A DNA stretch of 64,000 bases from a virus (taxonomy: Duplodnaviria > Caudoviricetes): the IMG/VR virus record IMGVR_UViG_3300021411_000005, positions 1-64,000 of that record; one strand, given 5' to 3'. Both the position numbers and the translations under genes were made by a program. Shown here one piece after another: positions 1 through 6,942 of this stretch. Under the pieces are notes generated by a model. It ran no database searches and was not told the origin of the DNA. It saw nothing but the letters and a program-made list of their open reading frames with translations. Position 1 is the first letter of the stretch. Every line of letters starts with the position of its first letter.

Positions 1-587
1 TTCCGGGGACCGGTGTCCATCTTGATCTTCGTCCCCTTCAGGACGCCTTTCCTGAACGCCGGGCGCCGCTCCGACCCCGGGGAGGAGTAGATGGCGCCCG
101 CGTCGCTGGGCTGCTCCACCTGCGGGACGCCGTCATGGAAGCTGACGACTCCCGGGACGCAGGTGTACACGCCGTCGTTCTCCGACGCGTTGTCGGCCGC
201 CACGGAGACCGTGCTGGACCCGTCGCTCACCGCCATGGACACGGCGTAGCGGCGGAAGCTGCCGGACCCGTTGGACTGCGCGGAGTAGGCCCAGAAAGCC
301 ACGCTCTGGATCTCCGGGTCCGGGTCCACGGTGATGGTCTCCGTGGCCGTTCCGGCACCCCGTGCGGCGTCCCCGCCGTGGCGCACGGTCCCGTTACGGG
401 ACACGGCCTTGGGGGGCAGCCCGGACGCCCCGAAGGTGGCGATGGACTCCGTGGACCCGTCGGTGTACGAGATCTCCGCTCCCAGGTCGTAGTCCGTGGC
501 CGCGGGCCAGGAGACCTCCGCCGTGATCCGAGTGCCCTTGGACAGCTTGACCGGGCCGCTGTCCTTCGTCAGGTTGATCGTTGCCAT
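1..587 (-). CDS. TerD-like (tellurium-resistance/stress family) protein, 3' end runs off the window
   Basis: Manual translation from ATG 587 (RBS GGAAGAGGAAG): MATINLTKDSGPVKLSKG...VAFWAYSAQSNGSGSFRRY...VYTCVPG. No stop before base 1, so it is absent from the ORF track. Family call from motif memory. Confidence 0.6.
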   Translation of the reverse strand, partial: MATINLTKDSGPVKLSKGTRITAEVSWPAATDYDLGAEISYTDGSTESIATFGASGLPPKAVSRNGTVRHGGDAARGAGTATETITVDPDPEIQSVAFWAYSAQSNGSGSFRRYAVSMAVSDGSSTVSVAADNASENDGVYTCVPGVVSFHDGVPQVEQPSDAGAIYSSPGSERRPAFRKGVLKGTKIKMDTGPR

Positions 588-619
588 GCTTCCTCTTCCC
601 TTTGACCGGCTGTACGGAG

Positions 620-692
620 TGCGCCCGATCGGACTCGAACCGATGACGTACCGCTTAAGAGGCGGTCGCTCTGCCAACTGAGCTACGGGCGC
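620..692 (-). tRNA. tRNA-Lys(CTT), CCA not encoded
   Basis: GCGCCCG/CGGGCGC acceptor stem, TAGCTCAGTTGGCAGAGC D arm, ACCGC-CTCTTAA-GCGGT anticodon arm, GGTTCGAGTCC T arm. Confidence 0.95.
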
Positions 693-737
693 ATGTGTCC
701 GGCCAGGACAGTCTCCCGTCCTGGCCGGTAGTGCTGA

Positions 738-860
738 CTAACAGGGGTTGCCGCACTTCGTGCACCTGCCGACCCATTCACCGGAAGTACCCCCGGTGTG
801 GTCCCCGCCGCTCGGGCAGTTGCCGAAGACCGTGGCCATCAGGCGCAGGAACTTGTTCAT
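738..860 (-). CDS. 40-aa Cys/His micropeptide (possible Zn-binding)
   Basis: Strong RBS GGAAAGAGGAAACC-ATG; MNKFLRLMATVFGNCPSGGDHTGGTSGEWVGRCTKCGNPC; fills the gap between two tRNAs. Confidence 0.65.
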   Translation of the reverse strand: MNKFLRLMATVFGNCPSGGDHTGGTSGEWVGRCTKCGNPC

Positions 861-891
861 GGTTTCCTCTTTCCTTCGTCGGGACGGTGCG

Positions 892-965
892 TGCCCCCGG
901 CTGGAATCGAACCAGCGGCCTCCGGGTTTTCACTCCGGCGCTCTCCGCGTCTGAGCTACAGGGGC
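892..965 (-). tRNA. tRNA-Phe(GAA) with atypical anticodon arm
   Basis: GCCCCTG/CGGGGGC acceptor stem, GGTTCGATTCC T arm, anticodon arm CCGGA-GTGAAAA-CCCGG. Confidence 0.9.
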
Positions 966-1000
966 GGGGTGGCCGGGCGGTCGCCCGTCCGGCCGGTGGA

Positions 1001-1255
1001 TCAGGTGGCGCGCAGCTCCTTCAGGTCGGGTGCCACGCGGTCCGCTTCGTTCCCGGCCAGCTTGGAGTATGCACCGATGACCTGGACCTCCACGACCTTG
1101 ACACCACCGACGGAGTCAGGCGTGGTGACCTCCACCACGCTGTCCTCCAGGTGGAGGCGCAGGCCGTCCGCCAGGTCCCGGCGCGGGGGCATGGCCCGGC
1201 GGCCGGTGACTTCCACGTCCACGGTGATGGTCACTCGCTGGATCTTGCGTGCCAT
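1001..1255 (-). CDS. hypothetical protein (84 aa)
   Basis: RBS GGAGGAACGAGGAACC, ORF track, GC3-rich codons. Confidence 0.75.
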   Translation of the reverse strand: MARKIQRVTITVDVEVTGRRAMPPRRDLADGLRLHLEDSVVEVTTPDSVGGVKVVEVQVIGAYSKLAGNEADRVAPDLKELRAT

Positions 1256-1351
1256 GGTTCCTCGTTCCTCCGGTTATTTAGTTCGACCGGTTCGAGTAAA
1301 TCAGCGGACGGCCCTGCCGGACAGCGGGGCCGCGTAACGGACTGGTCACGA

Positions 1352-1639
1352 TCAGCCGCGGCTGACCATGTAACGGCTCCAGGGGGACGCGGCCAGCCTG
1401 ACCGTACGCCCGGCCTGGTCCTCCCCCGCCAGGTAGTACACGGCCTTCGGGAAGCCGTAGTAGGAGGTCTCCCCCAGCATCTTCCGGGTCACCAGAGTGG
1501 TCCGGCCGGTGATCCCGGGGCCGTCGGCGAAGTTCTCCAGGATGCGGTCTCCGGGGACGATCTGGGCCGGGCCCAGGCGCAGGAGACTGGCGTCCCCGGC
1601 CGCGTCCAGAAGAGCAGCGGTGTCAAGCATCTGTCCCAT
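1352..1639 (-). CDS. hypothetical protein (~95 aa)
   Basis: Start reassigned to ATG 1639 (RBS GGAAAGAGGAAAA) inside track ORF 1352..1795. Confidence 0.65.
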   Translation of the reverse strand: MGQMLDTAALLDAAGDASLLRLGPAQIVPGDRILENFADGPGITGRTTLVTRKMLGETSYYGFPKAVYYLAGEDQAGRTVRLAASPWSRYMVSRG

Positions 1640-2024
1640 TTTTCCTCTTTCCCTGGGGGCCCTGACGGCTGGAGTCCAGCCGCCCAGCCCGCTGTTCGCG
1701 GCTGTGCACTGCGTTGGCCAGCAGACACTTCGGGTCCGCCGGTTCCCTGCGGGCAAGATGCCGCAGGTAGGCGGCGCGGTCCCCGCAGTCTTCATACATC
1801 CCGATCAGGCCCCGGCACATCCCGATATGGACGGCCTGAGCTGCCACAGCGGCTCCCAGCTTGACCAGGAGCCGGTGTCCGGAGGACGCGGCGCCCTTCT
1901 CGGTGATCTTCCACTCCCGGGCCATCGCTGCGTACGTCTTGCCCTGGGCCAGAGACCAGAGACAGGCCGTCTCCCGAGCGGTGAGCGGCTGGCCGAACTT
2001 CGGCCGTCCGCTGTGGCCGGTCAC
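1623..2024 (-). CDS. LuxR-type helix-turn-helix DNA-binding protein
   Basis: LTARETACLWSLAQGKTYAAMAREWKITEKGAASSGHRLLVKLGA...AQAVHIG matches the LuxR/GerE HTH pattern. Confidence 0.75.
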   Translation of the reverse strand: MTGHSGRPKFGQPLTARETACLWSLAQGKTYAAMAREWKITEKGAASSGHRLLVKLGAAVAAQAVHIGMCRGLIGMYEDCGDRAAYLRHLARREPADPKCLLANAVHSREQRAGRLDSSRQGPQGKRKNGTDA

Positions 2025-2027
2025 CGG

Positions 2028-2261
2028 TCAGTCCACCTTCGTCATGATGACGGAGCCGTCTTCGTCCGTCACCAGCTCGAATTCGTCGCCGACGTCCAGT
2101 CCGCTGTTCCGGTGACCGGTGCACCCGTTGCACAGACTGACTCCCTGGAAAGCCTCCAGGGTCAGTTCGGCGATTGTCTCCGGATCGGTTACCCCGTCGG
2201 GGATCTCCACTTCCACTGAGATGTTGGCCCAGGTCGTCATGGGCACCACGTATTTGGCCAT
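2028..2261 (-). CDS. hypothetical protein (77 aa)
   Basis: MAKYVVPMTTWANISVEVEIPD, start at ATG 2261 with RBS GGAGGAAACAGCC. Confidence 0.7.
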   Translation of the reverse strand: MAKYVVPMTTWANISVEVEIPDGVTDPETIAELTLEAFQGVSLCNGCTGHRNSGLDVGDEFELVTDEDGSVIMTKVD

Positions 2262-2287
2262 GGCTGTTTCCTCCTTCCTTGTTCCAG

Positions 2288-2359
2288 AGCCCCCGGCAGG
2301 ACTTGAACCTGCGGCCAGCCGACTACGAAACGGCTGCTCTGCCACTGAGCTACGGGGGC
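2288..2359 (-). tRNA. tRNA-Thr(CGT) with atypical anticodon arm
   Basis: GCCCCCG/CGGGGGC acceptor stem, TAGCTCAGTGGCAGAGC D arm, GCCG-TTTCGTAGT-CGGC anticodon arm, GGTTCAAGTCC T arm. Confidence 0.9.
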
Positions 2360-2394
2360 GGTACGGCCGGACGGTTGCCCGTCCGGCCGGTTGT

Positions 2395-2481
2395 TCACCG
2401 CGGCCGGGGACCGCGCGGGTAGGGGTCAGGACCGGGATTCGGTGTGCCGGGCTTGGGGTCCGGCTTCGGGCCCTTGATCAC
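2395..2481 (-). CDS. 28-aa proline-rich micropeptide
   Basis: GTG start overlaps the upstream TGA (GTGA); MIKGPKPDPKPGTPNPGPDPYPRGPRPR. Confidence 0.4.
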   Translation of the reverse strand: MIKGPKPDPKPGTPNPGPDPYPRGPRPR

Positions 2482-2579
2482 TTGCCCGGAGGGGTCTTCG
2501 GCAGGAGCGGGCCCCGGATCTCCCGCTTTTCCGCGTCGGTCTTCGGGCTCCTGATCGGGCCGGGCTGTGCCTTCGCCAT
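2478..2579 (-). CDS. 33-aa Pro/Lys-rich micropeptide
   Basis: RBS AGGAAAGAGGAAGC-ATG; MAKAQPGPIRSPKTDAEKREIRGPLLPKTPPGK. Confidence 0.55.
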   Translation of the reverse strand: MAKAQPGPIRSPKTDAEKREIRGPLLPKTPPGK

Positions 2580-2595
2580 GCTTCCTCTTTCCTGG

Positions 2596-4194
2596 TCAGC
2601 GATTCGTGGCATCCGCCAGATTCGCGCAGTTGATCGCTCGGTACGACGGGGCCCCACTGCTCCAGCGGAGCAGGTCAGTGGCCGACGACGTCTGACCGGA
2701 GTCTCCCCGGTAGACGTAGCACCCGTCGTAGATGAAGCTCCCCTGCGTCTGCGCCGGGCCGTCGTACTGGTGGTATCCGGCGAAGGAACAGGATGTGTAG
2801 CGCACCGTGGGCCCGTTGCCCTGGTTCCACCAGGACTGGCCGGAGTACCGGTGCATGTTCCGCGTCAGGGACGCGGTGTTCTGCATTGACCCGTGGTCGG
2901 AACAGCCCTCGAACTGGACCATCCCCGATCCCCACGAACAGTCAATGATCTTGTGGCCGTCGCCCTTCGGCTCGAACTTCACGCCGCGGACAGCCAGGTT
3001 GGTGGCGCCCCTGTTGTTGCTGGAGGCGTTCGGCATCAGGAACCAGGTGATGCTCCCGGACGCCGATGCAGCCGACCAGGACCCGTTGTCCACCCGGACG
3101 TTCCCGCCCTTGTCGAGCCGGATCACCGTGCCGGAGGTCAGGGTCAGGCAGCAGTCGGAGAACCAGTAGTTCAGGAACTGGTTCTGCTGGTTGTAGAGCC
3201 CGGAGATTCCGCCGGAGCGGAAGAAGGCGTCCCGGAAGACGCTGTTCGTGGAGGTGAACAGCCGCCGGAAGGTCATCTCACTGTTCAGGTTGGCGGTCGC
3301 TCCGCCGTCGATCCCGAACACCCTGTCCCAGGAGCCCTGGAACTCGATGTCCTCCACCTTCCAGCCCTGGTTGTAACCGGACGTGTCGCCGACCATGTAG
3401 ACGAACCGGTTCTTGACCCCGTTGCTGATCACGGAGAAGCCCCCGATGTCAGCCCAGCGCAGGCGCCGGACCGCGGTGATCAGGTTGTTGGCCATGGGGT
3501 CCGCCGGAGCGTCGGCCGCCGGGTTGTCCCAGTAGAGCTGGGTGGCCCGCATGCCCTGGCCGCGGACCGACAGGCCCGCGATCTGGACCGTGTTGGCCGC
3601 CGCGGAGCTGATCAGCGGCTGGGTCAGGTGGAAGTTCCCCGGCGGGAAGACCAGGGTCTTCCGGGCGGCCCCGCCGGTCACGCTGGTCAGGATGTCGGCC
3701 ATGGCCGCCTGGACGGCCGCGTCGTTGAAGCCCTCCGCCACCAGGACCCGCTCAAACGGCCTGGCGGTACCTGTGACGGTCCCGGCCGGGCCCGGGTCTC
3801 CCTGGATGCCCTGGTCCCCCTTCGCGCCCTTCAGGGACGCCAGGAAGTCCCCCGGGGAGCCGTTGCTGTTGCCCGGCTGGTTGCGCCATTCGTCGTACGC
3901 GCTAGCTCCGTCCTCCCCGTCGTCTCCGTCGGTCCCGTCCGTTCCCGGACCGCCCTTCAGGGACGCCAGGAAGTCGGCCTCCGACTTCCCTTCGTTGCCG
4001 GGCTGGAGGAGCCAGAGCTGATAGGCGCTCTGGCCGTCGGCGCCGGACGGGGGGTTGGCCTCCCACTCCTCCACGGCCGACTTCACCGGGGCGAACGCCT
4101 CCTGAGTGGGGACCTCCACCTGGACGCACAGGTCCAGGGTCTGTCCGCTGACCTCCACCGGTTCGTGGGTCGTGACCATCACCGTGTCCGGCAT
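2596..4194 (-). CDS. collagen-like/SAYQ-repeat protein with C-terminal pectin-lyase-like beta-helix (fibre/depolymerase-like)
   Basis: GADGQSAYQLW and GEDGASAYDEW repeats, Gly-X-Y run (GAKGDQGIQGDPGPAG), LVFPPGNFHL and GQGMRATQL beta-helix entry motifs; ATG 4194 with AGGAGG. Confidence 0.7.
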   Translation of the reverse strand: MPDTVMVTTHEPVEVSGQTLDLCVQVEVPTQEAFAPVKSAVEEWEANPPSGADGQSAYQLWLLQPGNEGKSEADFLASLKGGPGTDGTDGDDGEDGASAYDEWRNQPGNSNGSPGDFLASLKGAKGDQGIQGDPGPAGTVTGTARPFERVLVAEGFNDAAVQAAMADILTSVTGGAARKTLVFPPGNFHLTQPLISSAAANTVQIAGLSVRGQGMRATQLYWDNPAADAPADPMANNLITAVRRLRWADIGGFSVISNGVKNRFVYMVGDTSGYNQGWKVEDIEFQGSWDRVFGIDGGATANLNSEMTFRRLFTSTNSVFRDAFFRSGGISGLYNQQNQFLNYWFSDCCLTLTSGTVIRLDKGGNVRVDNGSWSAASASGSITWFLMPNASSNNRGATNLAVRGVKFEPKGDGHKIIDCSWGSGMVQFEGCSDHGSMQNTASLTRNMHRYSGQSWWNQGNGPTVRYTSCSFAGYHQYDGPAQTQGSFIYDGCYVYRGDSGQTSSATDLLRWSSGAPSYRAINCANLADATNR

Positions 4195-4226
4195 GCTGCC
4201 TCCTGATTTAGTCCGATGGAGCCAGC

Positions 4227-4472
4227 TTAATCCCGGACGTCCTTCACCAGGACATAGCCGGTCTTCCACGGCTTGCCCATGAGGGTGTTCCGGTTCTCAT
4301 GCAGAGACGTAACGGAGATCCTCCGGTACCGGACCGGGTAGCCGTCCTGGACGGACGCAACCTCCACCCGGTGCTTCGGATCCCACCGGTCATCAGTGAC
4401 CCGGATCCGTGTCCGGACCCAGCTCCGGTGGAAGTCCGCAGCTTCGTACTCCTGGCCCTTCTTCACTGCCAT
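4227..4472 (-). CDS. hypothetical protein (81 aa)
   Basis: ORF track, RBS GAGGAAGGA. Confidence 0.7.
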   Translation of the reverse strand: MAVKKGQEYEAADFHRSWVRTRIRVTDDRWDPKHRVEVASVQDGYPVRYRRISVTSLHENRNTLMGKPWKTGYVLVKDVRD

Positions 4473-4549
4473 GGCAGTCCTTCCTCTCCGGGCCGATCAC
4501 CCGACAGGGGGAGCACGGACGGTTTCCCGCCCGCGCCCCCGACTGGAGA

Positions 4550-4690
4550 TCAGCTCTTGCCGTCGCCCTTCCTCTCCTCCTGGCGCCGCTTCCCGGCGCT
4601 GCTCTTCGTCTCACGGCCGGTCGGGTTCTTGCCCACCATGTCGCGCGGGTCCTTCGGACCCTGCCCCGGTGCGCTCGGCTGTCCTGCCAT
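4550..4690 (-). CDS. 46-aa charged small protein
   Basis: RBS CAGGAAGCGAGGAAG; MAGQPSAPGQGPKDPRDMVGKNPTGRETKSSAGKRRQEERKGDGKS. Confidence 0.55.
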   Translation of the reverse strand: MAGQPSAPGQGPKDPRDMVGKNPTGRETKSSAGKRRQEERKGDGKS

Positions 4691-4765
4691 ATGTGCTTCC
4701 TCGCTTCCTGTGCTGAGTGTCCAGAAGGGCGCGCGTACTCTCCAACGCGCGCCCTCCGTGGACGA

Positions 4766-4999
4766 TCAGTTCAGCGCGGCCAGTGCGGCCTGGACGGCCA
4801 CCTGGTAGTTCACCGCCGTGGCCAGCGGCTGGCCGACGGGGCACAGGGCCTCCGTCAGGCCGCAGCCGCCGGACGCTTCGTCCATCACTGCGAAGCACCG
4901 GGCGCACCCGGTGAGGTGGAAGGTCCACTCCGCGTAGACCGGCCAGTACGGCAGGGTCTCCAGCCGGTGGACCACCGGCAGCTCCAGGGGCGTGCTCAC
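4766..4999 (-). CDS. hypothetical protein with H/CxxC motif (77 aa)
   Basis: GTG start coupled to the upstream TGA; HLTGCARC...C...LC. Confidence 0.6.
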   Translation of the reverse strand: MSTPLELPVVHRLETLPYWPVYAEWTFHLTGCARCFAVMDEASGGCGLTEALCPVGQPLATAVNYQVAVQAALAALN

Positions 5000-5367
5000 T
5001 GCGCACCCCCGAACACCGGGACGTACCGCGGTCCGGCGGAGAGGTAGCCGCAGGCCGCCTGCTCCGCCGTCTCCCGGACGAACTCCAGCGCAGCGGCCAC
5101 GGGGACCTTCCGGGACGCCGGAGACACCCAGGGGGCGTTCTGGCGCTCCGTCCAGTAGACCGGGCGGCCGGTCATGGCGATATCCACCGCAGTGAAGACC
5201 GGGTAGGAGGGCGAACCCCACCAGCTCTCCGGGGTTCGCTCCGGCGTGACCTTCACCAGGCTGTACGGCGGGGTGAACCGGCCGCGCCCCGTCTGGGTCC
5301 AGCCAGCCCCCGCCAGGACTGCCAGCGCGTCCTTCAGCTTGTCGTACGGCGTCTGCCTGGCCATCAC
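4996..5367 (-). CDS. hypothetical protein (123 aa)
   Basis: ORF track; ends overlap both neighbours. Confidence 0.7.
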   Translation of the reverse strand: MMARQTPYDKLKDALAVLAGAGWTQTGRGRFTPPYSLVKVTPERTPESWWGSPSYPVFTAVDIAMTGRPVYWTERQNAPWVSPASRKVPVAAALEFVRETAEQAACGYLSAGPRYVPVFGGAQ

Positions 5368-5903
5368 GCCACGTTCCGTCCGGGGAACATCCGGTCCACG
5401 GCGCGGTCCGCGGCCAGACCGGCCGGGGACTCCGGATCGGAAGCCAGGAGCATGTGGGCCAGGTGGCGGACCACGACCGGCTGCGCCGGTCGGCGCCGGA
5501 CGGTCATGCTCCGGACCGTGAGCGGCGTCGGCCGGTCGGCCGCTGCGTACTCCGCGGCGCGCTTGACCTCCGCCTTGGTGGGGACACCGCTCTTCGGCTT
5601 GGAGACCGGGACGGGGTACAGGTGGCGGGACTTGTTCCCGCCGACCGTGTACGCCTTGATCCGGTCCAGGCGGAAGCTGCGGACCTCTGCCTCCGGCCGG
5701 TCGGCCGTCGGACGGTCCATCGCCCGTACGTAGTCGTCACCCGTGCTGTTCTGGGTGAGGGTGTAGGGCTCGATCGTCCGGAGGATCTCCGACCCGTTCG
5801 CCCGGGTGTACGTGACCGTGACCGGCCGCCGCAGCCGCATGGCACGGATGATGTCGGCCTTCAGCCGGTCTCTGCTGGCTTCGGTGCTGGTGACCTTGCG
5901 CAT
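5364..5903 (-). CDS. stand-alone WYL-domain protein
   Basis: IIRAMRLRRPVTVTYTRANG...RTIEPYTL...YVRAMDR...EVRSFRLDRI is the WYL signature. Confidence 0.85.
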   Translation of the reverse strand: MRKVTSTEASRDRLKADIIRAMRLRRPVTVTYTRANGSEILRTIEPYTLTQNSTGDDYVRAMDRPTADRPEAEVRSFRLDRIKAYTVGGNKSRHLYPVPVSKPKSGVPTKAEVKRAAEYAAADRPTPLTVRSMTVRRRPAQPVVVRHLAHMLLASDPESPAGLAADRAVDRMFPGRNVA

Positions 5904-5937
5904 GGCTTCCTCGTTTCCTGGGTGCTGCTGTGGTCCT

Positions 5938-5966
5938 ACTGTCCCGCGTCGAACGACCTATGTCAA
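5938..5966 (-). promoter_or_regulatory. sigma70/HrdB-like early promoter for the WYL operon
   Basis: TTGACA-17-GACAGT followed by the shared leader ACAGCAGCAC. Confidence 0.7.
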
Positions 5967-5979
5967 GTTGAGACGTAGA

Positions 5980-6391
5980 TCAATAAGAACTGCGGCCGGG
6001 CCGCCTGTCTCGGCTGCCGGACGGGTGTGAGTCCCGGAGGGTTCGTGCCACCCGGCCCACCGGAGGGAGTCCGGCCCGGCCGCTGTTCAGTACCCCCGGT
6101 GCGCCGTGACGCGCCTGCCGTCCGTGGTGACCGGCTGCCGGGGGTCCAGGGCCACCGCCTTGCGTTCGCATCCAGTGCGTTTCGTCGGCGGTGGTCCGTT
6201 CTGGGGTTTTCGTCGTTCCGTCCGTCGGGGTGCGGTGATCGCTTGCGCGTCGCTCCCGGTCCCTCCGGATTTCGCTGCCAGTTTTTCGTGGGGACTTGGT
6301 GGTCCGTCTCCCCCTTGCCAAGGTGGGGTTCCCTCTCCCGGTCTCCCGGGCCGCGCCCCTTGCGGGGCCGGTTCTTCGCTTTCCTTGGTAC
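5980..6391 (-). ncRNA. putative ~410-nt structured non-coding RNA of unknown class
   Basis: Own promoter immediately upstream, no RBS-led ORF, GNRA-capped hairpins, nested long-range stems, 5' GTACC pairing with GGTAC near 6090, T-rich end. Confidence 0.65.
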
Positions 6392-6397
6392 GGCTTA

Positions 6398-6426
6398 AGC
6401 TTCTCAGTAATCAGGGTCCGTGTCAA
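6398..6426 (-). promoter_or_regulatory. promoter driving the putative ncRNA; -35 lies within a 15-bp inverted repeat
   Basis: TTGACA-17-GAAGCT; TCAGGGTCCGTGTCA-AGTTT-TGACACGAACCCTGA (14/15 match). Confidence 0.7.
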
Positions 6427-6475
6427 GTTTTGACACGAACCCTGACCTGCGACGATGAAACTAGTTCATGATTCT

Positions 6476-6679
6476 TTAGCTGTGGTGGACTTCATGGGGC
6501 CGCGCATCGTTCAGTACGACGGCCACGGAGGACGCCGTGGACAGCTCGGTGTACCGGCACACGATGTCCTCCACGGTGTGCATGGAGCCCTGGCGCTTGG
6601 TCTCCGACCGGCGGACCACGACGGCATCCATCAGGCGCTGCCGGGCTTCGTAGCGGACAGTCTTCTTCAGGGCTGGCAC
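6476..6679 (-). CDS. hypothetical protein (67 aa)
   Basis: GTG start with RBS AGGAATCC; MPALKKTVRYEARQRLMDAVVV. Confidence 0.55.
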   Translation of the reverse strand: MPALKKTVRYEARQRLMDAVVVRRSETKRQGSMHTVEDIVCRYTELSTASSVAVVLNDARPHEVHHS

Positions 6680-6849
6680 TTCGGATTCCTGTTCTCTCGG
6701 ATGTGGTCGGCCGCTATGGCCAGGTTCTCTTCCACAAAGCGGGTGTGCTGCTCCGGCAGGCAGTCCGGCCGGTCGCACTCGACAGCCTCCCGGATGACCT
6801 CCGCGGCGAACTGCGCGGTCTGCTCCACGGGCGTGCTGATCAGGCCCAT
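6667..6849 (-). CDS. hypothetical protein (60 aa)
   Basis: RBS CAGGAAACGAGGAACG; ORF track. Confidence 0.65.
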   Translation of the reverse strand: MGLISTPVEQTAQFAAEVIREAVECDRPDCLPEQHTRFVEENLAIAADHIRENRNPKCQP

Positions 6850-6882
6850 CGTTCCTCGTTTCCTGGGTGGTCAGTGCTGAGC

Positions 6883-6936
6883 GCCTCCGGCGCGCCGTGA
6901 CGCGCATGCCGTCTGTGGAAACCGGCCGCCGGAGGC
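6883..6936 (-). repeat. second copy of the structured RNA module at 6093..6144
   Basis: 38-nt interior is 32/38 identical to the first copy and is closed by a different but still paired stem (GCCTCCGG/CCGGAGGC). Confidence 0.75.
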
Positions 6937-6942
6937 TCTGCG

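Noticed and set aside
738-860. Lasso peptide or other RiPP precursor
   Set aside because: No Thr at -2 before a suitable core start and no maturation enzymes in the window.
5980-6391. Group I/II intron, tmRNA, RNase P RNA or hammerhead ribozyme
   Set aside because: No GTGCG start or domain V, no tRNA-like ends or tag frame, no RNase P P4 motif, no CTGATGA core; the region does not interrupt a gene.
5980-6426. 148-aa minus-strand ORF in the track (MTRTLITEK...)
   Set aside because: Its start codon is the TTG of the -35 box, it has no RBS, and the sequence is low-complexity R/G/T; the region is better explained as structured RNA.
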